From: Candidatus Poribacteria bacterium
GTDB lineage: Bacteria > Poribacteria > WGA-4E > WGA-3G
Length of the DNA: 64,000 bases
NCBI GenBank assembly: GCA_964291315.2
Contig: OZ219753.1
Location: 2,048,001-2,112,000, forward strand
Direction: 5' to 3'
Part shown: positions 7,802 through 17,599 of the stretch, piece by piece
How positions within the stretch are numbered: position 1 is the first letter of the stretch
How the letters are laid out: the number at the start of each line of letters is the position of its first letter
Position numbers and translations under genes: made by a program
The notes under the pieces: model-generated
Database searches by the model: none
Told to the model about the DNA's origin: nothing
Seen by the model: only the letters and a program-made list of their open reading frames with translations

Positions 7802-10684
7802 TTATTTATCAGACGATTTCAGCTCTCCCCAACGCGTTGTGAGTTTACCATTCGCAGAGACATCCCCACGCAGATGCGTCGTCCGTAACGTCGTGCGCAC
7901 CCCATCCATAGAAACATCTTCTATCTGGTAATAATACACCACACTCGGCTTCGCAGTCGTATCTGTGTAGCGATACACATGCTTCTCGGACGTCGTGCCG
8001 TGCCCCGCAATCAGACCCTCAGCGTTGATAACCGAAAACTCACCCGTCTTGCTCTCACTGCGTAGGATGTTGAACCCCGCATTGTTAAGTTCAGACTGCG
8101 TTACCCACGTAATCTCAACATGGCCTGTCGAGGCATCGCGCACAGGACGGAAACTCGAGAGCGACACAGGCAGCGGGCCACCGAGCCGATAGCCGGGCGT
8201 GCCGATATCGTCACGATGTCCGTAGTACGTCAATGAGGCATCCACAAGCTTCCGCCAAGAAGCTTTCATCAAACCAGGATCCGCATCATGCGGACCAGAA
8301 CTCCCACCTAGGGCGAAGATACCGCCATACTTGCGCACAATAGACATCCGCACATCCCCACGCTTCGGCAGCTCCCACGCACGCTTGCGCAGACCATCCG
8401 CTATCTCAACGTTACCAGCTGTGTCTATGACCCGCAGCAACGACCGACCGTCTTCGCTGACCTTCGCACGAAGCTCCAGATGGAAACCCTCCGCACTTAG
8501 CAGCCGGCGACCGTTCGTCGTCAACCCGAGATCGCTACGATGCTTCTGCTGCAAATTGTATACGTAGTTCTCCGGCACATCGTTCACACCGCTCTTCGAC
8601 ACCAACAGCAACGTCTGATTCGGCGGGATATACGTCTCCGCATCAAATGTGAATGACGCATCCACATACGCATCTACGTTTGTGTCCGAGTTGCGGATCT
8701 CAAACTCCCAACCCGCAAGGTTTACCGTCTCCGTCATAGAACTGTTGTAGAGCTCTATCCACTGCACCAAGTCCCACCGCGGGCCCGCATCATACATGAT
8801 CTCGCTGATCGTCACCGCACCCGCAAACGCATAGTCGTCATCCGTCGACGAGGTATCTCTATCGTTAGCGATCACGCCCACTACCATGTTCGGATATCCC
8901 GGCGTGCCAGGGGAACTCACCTTGTCAATCACTTTATCCTTCCCGCGATCGTAGCCAGCACCCATGAAACCAAACGACTGCCAGTCGTCTTTGTGGACAC
9001 GATTCGAACGAGACTTCGCCCAATACATCCCCTTCGTGTTCAAGTGCACACCGCGACCGAACGACATGCTCCGAGAAGAGAAGGTGTTCATACCTCCGAA
9101 GTCGTTATCATCCACATCTCCCGGCTTCGACCAGCCCACGAACGGCCAGAGGTACGTGTTGAACTTCTTATCTTCCATCCGTGTGAAGAAACCGTTCCCC
9201 GCATAGTCTTTGATGTTCGTCGGCTTGCCAACGTCATCCGTATGATTCCGCGTGCGCAACAGGATCAGGAACTTGCCCGTAGCAGGCAGACTCAGATCCT
9301 TCGCAACCGCATACTTATGCGTCGCACCCATGTTGACATCCGTTCTATCCAACAGGTTGCTAACGTTCACACCGCCAGCGAGCTTAACGCTCTTCCCAGG
9401 CTCCCGGTTATAGACCACCAGATACTCCCCAGGCCGCATCTTGTATTTCGGCAGCACCGCAAGACTCGTCTCCGTGAAGTTGGCATCCCCAGACTCGTGA
9501 TACCCGCTACCGTCAGTCTTCATCTTCCCCATCACCAAGCTGAGCTTATAATTCTCTATGTTTATAGGGGCAGCCGCCGCATCATCGCTATTATAGAACA
9601 ACTCTACCCAATCCAAGTTTGTGTTTGACGGGTCGTTGTACACCTCATTGATGATGATGCCAGTAGCCGTGATATCGGCAGGCGCCTTATCAAACCTCAC
9701 TACACTTGGACCGCCAAAAGGCACGTGAACGCTGCCCGGGGAACCGATGAAGTGCTCGGTCATGTTTGCTTTGCTGAGCGACTCCTTCCAGGAGTCCAAT
9801 TTGGTGCCGTCACCGAGGCCATCCAATTTACCATCTTTGAGCGCATACGCCTTCCCTGTGCTGTCAAGTTTGATATCCCGATACATAGAGACCAAAGGCT
9901 TCGGAGGCAGACCGACATTTGCGTTGCCATCGGTATCACCGTCTTGACCCGGCGCATCCGGGAACCAATTCCGACCCCAACGATCGATCGTTGCTACACG
10001 ATCCAAAACGACATAATACAAGGTCGATCTAGAGACTTGTCGTGCCAACCTCTCCCCCGGAGCAGGCATCTGGGTAGAATCACTATATGTGTATATCTCG
10101 ACATAATCACCATCTTTCAAAGGCTTGTTGACGTAAAGTTCAACCCATTGGGCTGCTGTATCCGGCTCGGGGTGATTATCACCCTCAGTTCTCGCAGCGG
10201 CATTCCGCCCCCACATTATCTCACTGAAAACTATTGCGTGCTTGAGCTCCATAAACTTGGCTTTTGTCTCGTCAGTAAGTTTATCGGCTGCTACTGTCAA
10301 CCCTGCGGTTTCATCGCTAAACGTGAACTCTTTGCCCGGTAGCAGCGTTCGGTCGTCATTATTCGCAATTTTCAGGGTAAGCATAAGTCCGCCGCCTCCG
10401 CGGAATAGGTCCTGAAGTTCCATCCACTCCTTAAACCCTCTTTCGTTCAGCTGTGTCCCTTTTACCGTGTCCACGATGCCGTGGTCTGCTATTGTAGGTT
10501 CTTCGTTCGTAGGAGTGATTCCGCTCTCGAACTTTCGTCCGGCTGTGTTAATATAAAACCCTTTCTTTGTTTCCCATTCTTCATCAACCGTAAGAGCGGA
10601 AACCTGGGAGGTTGCGAAGAGACACACCAGTCCCAACCCTACAAACAGTCTCATTTTATTACATAACATTGACATTAGTCTCAT
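7802..10684 (-). CDS. Secreted multi-lamin-tail-domain (LTD) surface protein with C-terminal GKLTTRWGELK motif
   Basis: Signal peptide; three LTD-like modules (IVFSEIMW..QWVELY, IIINEVY..DWVELF, VTISEIMY..QWIELYN..GTPGY); PLPVSLSSF...ITWVTQSELNNAGFNILRS Ig-like tail. Confidence 0.8.
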   Translation of the reverse strand: MRLMSMLCNKMRLFVGLGLVCLFATSQVSALTVDEEWETKKGFYINTAGRKFESGITPTNEEPTIADHGIVDTVKGTQLNERGFKEWMELQDLFRGGGGLMLTLKIANNDDRTLLPGKEFTFSDETAGLTVAADKLTDETKAKFMELKHAIVFSEIMWGRNAAARTEGDNHPEPDTAAQWVELYVNKPLKDGDYVEIYTYSDSTQMPAPGERLARQVSRSTLYYVVLDRVATIDRWGRNWFPDAPGQDGDTDGNANVGLPPKPLVSMYRDIKLDSTGKAYALKDGKLDGLGDGTKLDSWKESLSKANMTEHFIGSPGSVHVPFGGPSVVRFDKAPADITATGIIINEVYNDPSNTNLDWVELFYNSDDAAAAPINIENYKLSLVMGKMKTDGSGYHESGDANFTETSLAVLPKYKMRPGEYLVVYNREPGKSVKLAGGVNVSNLLDRTDVNMGATHKYAVAKDLSLPATGKFLILLRTRNHTDDVGKPTNIKDYAGNGFFTRMEDKKFNTYLWPFVGWSKPGDVDDNDFGGMNTFSSRSMSFGRGVHLNTKGMYWAKSRSNRVHKDDWQSFGFMGAGYDRGKDKVIDKVSSPGTPGYPNMVVGVIANDRDTSSTDDDYAFAGAVTISEIMYDAGPRWDLVQWIELYNSSMTETVNLAGWEFEIRNSDTNVDAYVDASFTFDAETYIPPNQTLLLVSKSGVNDVPENYVYNLQQKHRSDLGLTTNGRRLLSAEGFHLELRAKVSEDGRSLLRVIDTAGNVEIADGLRKRAWELPKRGDVRMSIVRKYGGIFALGGSSGPHDADPGLMKASWRKLVDASLTYYGHRDDIGTPGYRLGGPLPVSLSSFRPVRDASTGHVEITWVTQSELNNAGFNILRSESKTGEFSVINAEGLIAGHGTTSEKHVYRYTDTTAKPSVVYYYQIEDVSMDGVRTTLRTTHLRGDVSANGKLTTRWGELKSSDK

Positions 10685-11352
10685 TCTCCTCTGTTATTCA
10701 TATATTAAACATAAATCAAATAAGAATGGAATCACGGATGACAGATCCATTCTCTCTGCTTACGAAATCAACTTTATCACCCGCCCGCGCTGAGGAACCC
10801 TCCAGCTCTCCATAGCAAGAGGCAACGGAGGCTGCAATGTCGCCTCCTCTAAGAGGCAACCTCCAGATTTCAGTCCGCCTTGTCCTTGCGTATTTTGAAT
10901 GGCGGCACCAAGAGTCCCTAAAGGGCGTGAAAACGGAACGCCAGCATAAAACATATGAAAAGAATAGAACTACTGCTTCTTTTGCTATAGGATCGGCTTT
11001 GCCCCTGCCTATCTTCGGCTGCCGGACGCTCTGTGGCCGGTGTGCGATCTTGTGCTGTTGGGTCAGCTGGCAAGCAGGCGCAAAGTGGGTAGAGACACGG
11101 CGCGCGGGTATGTTTTGTGATAAAGGGGATAAATACTTACTGTGCGTAAAGTAAGGGGGGGGGTAATCGCTAAAAAGCCAACTAAATGCACGGATTAGAC
11201 GATATAATAGGCACTGAATACCCAAGAGGGGGCTAAGCCGATCTGACGTGCTAATTCTGGAGCCTGTGTCTAAAGCTTTCATATGCCGCATAGATTACAA
11301 ATTCACTTTCGGACTATTTCATGCTGCATCTTCTACAATATATTATTTATTA

Positions 11353-11381
11353 AGTATATCTTAAAACGCACCTCATGTCAA
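11353..11381 (-). promoter_or_regulatory. Near-consensus sigma70 promoter about 670 nt upstream of the LTD gene
   Basis: Minus strand TTGACA-N17-TATACT. Confidence 0.6.
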
Positions 11382-11473
11382 GTCTTTTTCAGTTTCTCTG
11401 ATATACAAGAAAAAAGTCGCCTATTTTGCAGAAGAGTGATATAATACACACATGAGAGAACGCCTTTTGGTGA

Positions 11474-11611
11474 AGGTGTAACCACCTTACGATACCAGTC
11501 GAAGCAACGCACAAGCTCACTACACGCTGGCGGGAACTCAAAGCAGCATATCCGAGGGACCCTAAGGAGATTTACGAAAAACGAATGCACCGGAAATTAA
11601 ACCGTAGATAG
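11474..11611 (+). pseudogene. Orphan remnant encoding only a C-terminal PVE..KLTTRW.ELK motif
   Basis: Frame reads ...IPVEATHKLTTRWRELKAAY...; no in-frame start before the motif; matches the tail of the 960-aa protein. Confidence 0.5.
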
Positions 11612-11733
11612 TTTGATTTTAAAACTTAATGTACGTTAGAATTGAATTAATTCGCCCGCCAACATAACACTGCGACATACAAATATTCCATTATAGTTCA
11701 TATGAGATAGAAAAAGAAAAGAGGACAAACATT

Positions 11734-13305
11734 GTGGAAGCAAAATTTCAGGAACTGAAGGCCCGGTTGCTTGAGGTGAACGATATATCATCTGCCGCTG
11801 GATTGCTTTATTGGGACCAATCCACATACATGCCCCCCGGGGGAGCAGCTGCGAGAGGTCGCCAAATGGCAACGCTCAGACGTTTGGCACACGAAAAATT
11901 CACTGACCCGGACATCGGAAAATTGCTCGATACACTCGTACCTTATGAAGAAAGGCTCTGCCATGACTCTGATGAAGCAAGCTTGATTCGTACCGCGCGT
12001 AGAGACTACGAACGCGCCACCAAAATACCAGCTGAATTTACAGCCGAAGTAACCCGGCACACCTCCGAATCCTATCAAGTATGGACCGAGGCGCGTCCGG
12101 CGAATGATTTTGAGCGAGTCCGTCCGTATCTGGAAAAAACACTCGATTATAGCAGACAAGTAGCAAACTTCTTTCCGGGATATGACCACATCGCAGATCC
12201 GCTCATTGAATCGAGCGACTACGGAATGAAAGCGACAGAAATGAGCCGTATTTTCGCACAACTACGCAAGGAACTCGTTCCTATTGTTACCGCTATCACA
12301 TCACAAGAGGCCGCTGATGATTCGTGTTTACATCAATACTTTCCGGAGGGAAAACAGCTTGCATTCGGCCTAGAGATCGCCAAGAAGTTCGGTTATGATA
12401 TGAACCGGGGGCGTCAGGACAAAACGCACCATCCATTCATGACAAAGTTCTCGCTCGGCGATGTCCGAATTACAACCCGTACAAAAGAGAATTTCCTCGG
12501 GGATGCACTCTTCAGCACATTTCATGAGACAGGACACGCCCTTTATGAACAGGGGATCCGTATGGACCTGGAAGGCACTCCTCTCGCCGGCGGTACTTCC
12601 TCCGGTGTCCACGAAAGCCAATCGAGGCTCTGGGAAAATATTGTCGGCAGAAGCAGAGGTTTTTGGTATTACTACTATCCGAAACTTCAAAGTGTTTTCC
12701 CCGAGCAGCTCGGTTCCGTGTCACGAGATACATTCAACCGCGCAATTAATAAGGTAGAACGTTCCCTCATCCGCACCAGCGCCGACGAAGTAACATACAA
12801 CCTCCATGTTATGCTGCGTTTCGACCTCGAATTGGAAATGTTAGAAGGCAAACTCGAGATTCGAGACCTCCCCAAGATGTGGTGTGAACGGTTTGAAGCA
12901 GATTTCGGTATCGCACCTCCAAATGACACGGACGGTGTTTTGCAAGATGTCCACTGGTACTTCGGACTGATTGGCGGCTCATTTCAGGGATATACATTGG
13001 GCAACATATTGGCAGCACAATTTTACACATCCGCTCTTAAAGCGCAGCCCGAAATTCCTGCTGAAATTAAGCACAAAGGGGAGTTCAGCACACTCCACAA
13101 TTGGTTAAAAGAAAATCTTTACCAGCACGGGTCAAAGTACACTGCACCGGAAATCATTGAACGCGCAACAGGAAGCCCGTTGTCTATTGAACCTTATATC
13201 GCATATCTTAAACTGAAATATGGACACTTTTGCCACTTAGACGATGATGGGGCCCAGCAATGGGAGGAAATGGTCAAAGCCTGGCCGGAGCAGAGCACTT
13301 CGTAA
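11734..13305 (+). CDS. Carboxypeptidase M32 (Taq-like)
   Basis: HPF, DVRITTR, HETGH (HExxH), HESQSRLWEN, IRTSADEVTY, GVLQDVHW. Confidence 0.95.
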   Translation: MEAKFQELKARLLEVNDISSAAGLLYWDQSTYMPPGGAAARGRQMATLRRLAHEKFTDPDIGKLLDTLVPYEERLCHDSDEASLIRTARRDYERATKIPAEFTAEVTRHTSESYQVWTEARPANDFERVRPYLEKTLDYSRQVANFFPGYDHIADPLIESSDYGMKATEMSRIFAQLRKELVPIVTAITSQEAADDSCLHQYFPEGKQLAFGLEIAKKFGYDMNRGRQDKTHHPFMTKFSLGDVRITTRTKENFLGDALFSTFHETGHALYEQGIRMDLEGTPLAGGTSSGVHESQSRLWENIVGRSRGFWYYYYPKLQSVFPEQLGSVSRDTFNRAINKVERSLIRTSADEVTYNLHVMLRFDLELEMLEGKLEIRDLPKMWCERFEADFGIAPPNDTDGVLQDVHWYFGLIGGSFQGYTLGNILAAQFYTSALKAQPEIPAEIKHKGEFSTLHNWLKENLYQHGSKYTAPEIIERATGSPLSIEPYIAYLKLKYGHFCHLDDDGAQQWEEMVKAWPEQSTS

Positions 13306-13334
13306 GCGTCTATCCTATAAATGGAGAATTGATC

Positions 13335-13856
13335 ATGAGAAACGTCCGGATGTTCCTCATCCTACTCCTCTTGGGTTTGGCACAAGCATGTGGAGGCACT
13401 AAACTACTTGATGTCTCCAAAAGCACGAGCTTACTAAAACTCACAACGCCACAACAGCAGACCATCCACCCGAAGCTGAAATTGATCCACGATATCGTTG
13501 AGGATTATAACTTTGAGAAAAAACAGTTAGAAGCAGATTATCAGGTGTTTCAAGCAGGTCTAAAAGATCGGTATTACGATCGATATGAAAGCGGATTCAC
13601 AGACATGCGGACACGACAGGCACTCACCGAATTCCGAGACGAAGCCCGCAAGTTTCTGAGACAACGCAAAATCTTTATGAACGAGATTCATAAATTGATT
13701 GAAGAGATCGCCTTAGAACTCACAGATGTCCAACGAACCAAATTTACGGATTTGAAACTCCCGAAATTGGAGGTGCCGCTAATGCTCCAGCGCGATCCGT
13801 ATAACGACCTTCGCTATATTCCGAATCACCCGCTCGGTGGGATAAACCCGTTTTAG
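13335..13856 (+). CDS. Hypothetical helical lipoprotein
   Basis: MRNVRMFLILLLLGLAQAC lipoprotein-like signal; GGAG RBS. Confidence 0.65.
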   Translation: MRNVRMFLILLLLGLAQACGGTKLLDVSKSTSLLKLTTPQQQTIHPKLKLIHDIVEDYNFEKKQLEADYQVFQAGLKDRYYDRYESGFTDMRTRQALTEFRDEARKFLRQRKIFMNEIHKLIEEIALELTDVQRTKFTDLKLPKLEVPLMLQRDPYNDLRYIPNHPLGGINPF

Positions 13857-13930
13857 GGTCCGGATGAGTTGATACCAGGCGGTTCTGTCTAGTATCAAGC
13901 GAAACAGAACCTCGCGAGGGATCTATCTAT

Positions 13931-14896
13931 CTATCCCACTAGCCGCTCAAAGAAACTATCTAAAAACGCCTCAGCAGTTACTTTAACGCAGACTCGCGCG
14001 TTCAAATCGTTACGCTGGCGTTCAGGTCGCAGATCGGCGATTGTCATACCGTTCGTTAACTCGCCTACAACCTCGACCTGTACATACGCATCAACGCTCT
14101 GAAAATAGTTTGGATACATCAAGCTTGCAATTGGCAGAGCGTCATGGATATGGAATCCCCAGAATCCGGCGCGGTGGCGATAGAATTCCATGCAAGCTCG
14201 CGTAGCGTCCCAGAGGAAGTGTGAAACCTTGTCTTCTCGACCCTCAATTTCAGCGCGTAACCGTTCACCTGCCAAAATGGCTTGGTGCGTCACGTCAAGT
14301 GGAAAGATATGAATAGGCACACCGAATTCGAAAACTTCTTGTGCTGCGTGCGGATCGACAAAAATGTTGAATTCCGCTGTTGTTGTGACATTGCCGTATC
14401 CCTCAAAAACGCCACCCATCACAATAAACTGCCGGACCCTTCGCATCTTGGCAGCATCTTTACGAATCGCTTTTGCAAGATTCGTTAGCGGACCAAGTGC
14501 TACGACGATGAGTTCATCTGGATAACGCGCCGCAAACTCAAGAATGAGATCCGCACCAGATAATGATGAGAGAGAAACGTTGGCAGGCGTGTATAACGGA
14601 CGACCATCAGCACTTTGCAAACAACTGATATTGCCTAATCCGTCATCACCATGGACGTGTGATGCATTGATAAGCGGCTTTACGAGCGGAACTGCGGCAC
14701 CTTGGGCAATAAGGGGGTATTCATCTAAGTCAAGCACTCCAAGTATCGTAAATAGATTTCGTGTCGCTTGTTTGACAGGGACATTGCCACAGACGGTTGT
14801 TAGCGCTTCTACACGTAACTCAGGTGAACGCATGGCGAGGAGAATTGCATAAGCATCGTCTACCCCTGGGTCAGTGTCTATGAGGATTCGTTGCAT
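13931..14896 (-). CDS. Nucleoside hydrolase (IU-NH family)
   Basis: DTDPGVDD, HGDDGLG, LGPLTNLA, AEFNIFVDP, HDA. Confidence 0.95.
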   Translation of the reverse strand: MQRILIDTDPGVDDAYAILLAMRSPELRVEALTTVCGNVPVKQATRNLFTILGVLDLDEYPLIAQGAAVPLVKPLINASHVHGDDGLGNISCLQSADGRPLYTPANVSLSSLSGADLILEFAARYPDELIVVALGPLTNLAKAIRKDAAKMRRVRQFIVMGGVFEGYGNVTTTAEFNIFVDPHAAQEVFEFGVPIHIFPLDVTHQAILAGERLRAEIEGREDKVSHFLWDATRACMEFYRHRAGFWGFHIHDALPIASLMYPNYFQSVDAYVQVEVVGELTNGMTIADLRPERQRNDLNARVCVKVTAEAFLDSFFERLVG

Positions 14897-14977
14897 TGTC
14901 TACTTTCTTACTTTTGTTCGTTTCTGTGAACGCATGTTTCTTGTTTGAGAATTCACTAGCAATTTTAGCATTAGCCC

Positions 14978-15799
14978 ATGATTTTATTCAAATCTTTTTT
15001 CTCTGAACCGCCGAGTCTGGCCCCAAAAAAACGGATTATTAGCATCTGTTTTGTTTTCTGTCTTGCATTCGGTTCTCCCCTCGAAGCCCAAGTTAATATT
15101 TTTACTGGTGAAACGATCCGGCAGATGCAATTGAAACCGGGCTGGTATAATAGCATTAGCACGGATTTAACTTACCGCGCCGGGAACACAGACCTATTGA
15201 CTGCCCGGACCCGATTCCGCTCGGACTATCTCTCAAAGACCTATCACGGTTTTGTCTTCGGCAACCTTCAACAAGGCAGAAGAAGCGGGGCGTTTTTTAT
15301 CAATAAAGGGATGACACACGCTCGAATCATACGACGTTTGACGCAGCTCCTCTTTGTCGAGGCTTTTATTCAGAAACAATTCAACGAATCCATTTTATTG
15401 AACGATCGGAATTTAGCAGGCGGAGGTGCAAGGTTCGCTTTATATCCACCTGATTCCAGACTTAAGGTCTACCTCGGGGTCGGCGGCATGTGGGAACATG
15501 AACGCATTAACGACAAAACGCACGGGCAGAACACAACCCATATCGTCCGCTCAACAAACTACATCAACTGGACCTGGCAATTAAATGAACACGTTACAAC
15601 CAGCGCAACTGGTTATTATCAATTCCACGTTCGGCGTTTCCAAGATTACAGGATTCTTTTTCAGGGAAGCATCACATTCCGTTTGACGACAAAATTGGCG
15701 TTTCCGTTGCGGGTCAATTTCCGGTACGACAGTGAACCGCCTACCAATATCCGGAAACATGATGTGGAAATATTTAACGGATTGCGGTATACTTTTTAA
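14978..15799 (+). CDS. Outer-membrane beta-barrel protein (DUF481-like)
   Basis: Signal peptide, GNTD, alternating beta-strand pattern, C-terminal GLRYTF. Confidence 0.7.
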   Translation: MILFKSFFSEPPSLAPKKRIISICFVFCLAFGSPLEAQVNIFTGETIRQMQLKPGWYNSISTDLTYRAGNTDLLTARTRFRSDYLSKTYHGFVFGNLQQGRRSGAFFINKGMTHARIIRRLTQLLFVEAFIQKQFNESILLNDRNLAGGGARFALYPPDSRLKVYLGVGGMWEHERINDKTHGQNTTHIVRSTNYINWTWQLNEHVTTSATGYYQFHVRRFQDYRILFQGSITFRLTTKLAFPLRVNFRYDSEPPTNIRKHDVEIFNGLRYTF

Positions 15800-15967
15800 T
15801 AGGTGTCGATTATCGGTTTTCAGATCTCAATTGAAAGAGTCAACGGAAATCTCGTAACAATTTATGGCCCACTGAGGCACTTCAAGTCGAAGTTGACTGT
15901 TAAAAACCTCTCTTAACCAAGAACCGAAAACTATTAAACACGGAAAACTAGAAAAAGGAGAGTTCTC

Positions 15968-16936
15968 ATGCGGAGGGTGAAATCCTACATTTGGCAAGAT
16001 GGAATCAAAATCTGTTTAACTGCGTGCCTTGTTACGCTGGCGAGTAGTGGATGGGGAGACGGGCATCTTCGGGTTATGCAGAAGGAAAAACAACTCGTCT
16101 TAACAGGTGAAATTTCTAAGGCACTTGGTGAATACGACTCACATTTAAAAGGGGCAGTTGAATATCTTATTTGTGGCCGTAACGGCAAGGAATATGAGAG
16201 TATTGTTGTTGTTGATGCAACAGCGCAGGAAATTCACGCTGCACTTAGCAAAATTGGTATTGAAGTTGGGACACCCCCCGGCTACGACGAAGAAAAAGAC
16301 GTGCCAACTCCACCAACAGGTACCGCATTTATCATCTCTGTCGAATGGAAAAATGCGGATAAAACGGAAAAGGTTCGCGCCGAAGAACTTATTTTCAACG
16401 TCAAGACCCAAAAACCGCTGCAACCCGTCGCTTGGATCTATTCCGGTTCACGTATCGTGCCCGACCTCGACAGCGAAAATGAAGAAGCAATGATGCCACA
16501 GGCCTTTATGAGTAATGACATAGTTGCCTTGAGGGTGTTCGATGCCAGTGCGCTTTTCCAGAATCCGCTTCGTGAATCGTCAGAGGAAAACATCTATAAA
16601 AAGAACGATGCACTGCTGCCAAATCCTGGTACACCGGTTACCCTCACAATAGAGGTTAATCAGAAAATGCAACTGTACATACTAATCAGCGGCAAAGTGC
16701 AAGGCGTAGGATTCCGTAATTTCACGCAAATCAACGCAACGCAACTCGGGGTGAGTGGGTATGCTAAGAACCTAACAAACGGTAAGGTTGAAGTTGTCGC
16801 CGAAGGCGATAAGACACAGCTAGACGCGTTAATCGCTTTATTAAGAAAGGGGCCGCGTTATGCAAAAGTTGATTCAATCGACATTGACGAACGGGCCTTC
16901 ACTGGGGAATACGAAACGTTCAGCATCCGGTATTAA
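15968..16936 (+). CDS. Fusion: exported YdjY-like domain plus C-terminal acylphosphatase
   Basis: N-terminal signal-like segment; VEYLIC...GKEYESI, WIYSGS; C-terminal ISGKVQGVGFR...GYAKNL.NGKVEVVAEG...GP..AKV. Confidence 0.75.
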   Translation: MRRVKSYIWQDGIKICLTACLVTLASSGWGDGHLRVMQKEKQLVLTGEISKALGEYDSHLKGAVEYLICGRNGKEYESIVVVDATAQEIHAALSKIGIEVGTPPGYDEEKDVPTPPTGTAFIISVEWKNADKTEKVRAEELIFNVKTQKPLQPVAWIYSGSRIVPDLDSENEEAMMPQAFMSNDIVALRVFDASALFQNPLRESSEENIYKKNDALLPNPGTPVTLTIEVNQKMQLYILISGKVQGVGFRNFTQINATQLGVSGYAKNLTNGKVEVVAEGDKTQLDALIALLRKGPRYAKVDSIDIDERAFTGEYETFSIRY

Positions 16937-16938
16937 AC

Positions 16939-17544
16939 ATGACGCAGAAATCGCCTCCGTTCATATCTGGAATTCTCCTTGCAGCAGGTCTCTCCTCTCG
17001 AATGGGAAAACTGAAGCAGTTACTTCCATTTGGCGAAAGCACAATCGTCGAGACCGTTGTGGACAACATGCTCGAGGCTAAACTCGATGAAGTCATCGTC
17101 GTGGTCGGGCATTGTGCAAAACAGATTCAAGATCAGCTAGCGACGCGCCCTGTCAAAACCGTTTTTAATCCCGACTACCGCGACGGAATGTTGACATCGG
17201 CACAGAGAGGTATCCTAGCCTTGCACGGAAGCGACGCGTTCGCCTTGATGCTGGTGGACCAGCCTTTCATTACTTCTGCGTTGATTAATCAGGTTGTCGA
17301 TGCCTATGAACAAACCGACAAAGGCATTGTACTCCCAAGTTACAACTGCAAACGCGGACACCCCTCCGTTTTCGATCAACGCTATGCCCGTGAAGTGCTT
17401 GCCTTAAGTGCAGAAAGTGGTGGGGTGCGAACGCTCTTCAATAAGTACGGTGACGACATTCACTATGTTAATGTAGCCACAGATAGGGTGTTGCAGGATA
17501 TTGATCACCGAGAAGACTACGAACGCGCACTCCAAGAAAATTAA
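16939..17544 (+). CDS. MocA/MobA-like nucleotidyltransferase (molybdenum cofactor cytidylyltransferase-like)
   Basis: LAAGLSSRMG..KQLL, NPDY..GM..S, LVDQP, RGHP, DID. Confidence 0.85.
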   Translation: MTQKSPPFISGILLAAGLSSRMGKLKQLLPFGESTIVETVVDNMLEAKLDEVIVVVGHCAKQIQDQLATRPVKTVFNPDYRDGMLTSAQRGILALHGSDAFALMLVDQPFITSALINQVVDAYEQTDKGIVLPSYNCKRGHPSVFDQRYAREVLALSAESGGVRTLFNKYGDDIHYVNVATDRVLQDIDHREDYERALQEN

Positions 17545-17599
17545 AACAGGCAACCCGCGCCCGTTCGCGGTAGCCGCTGCGATTACAGTACGCTCATTT

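Noticed and set aside
11055-11075. GCCAGCTGACCC on the minus strand resembling the 3' end of the c-di-AMP (ydaO) riboswitch
   Set aside because: The other conserved blocks (GCTGAA, GGGGA, GGGGTGAA) are not present in order.
10716-11291. 191-aa minus-strand ORF spanning the LTD leader
   Set aside because: No RBS, no recognisable motif and non-protein-like composition; treated as non-coding leader.
13858-13916. Hammerhead-like words: CGGATGAG, TTGATAC/GTATCAA, CGAAAC, and GGTTCTGTC pairing with ACAGAACC
   Set aside because: Core has G in place of U4, the GUC strand lies inside stem II, and there is no stem I. More simply an inverted repeat between convergent genes.
15805-15950. Degenerate GTTATCAG/AACTGA-type intergenic inverted repeat (similar hints near 28695 and 60915)
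   Set aside because: Too degenerate to delimit or align by eye.
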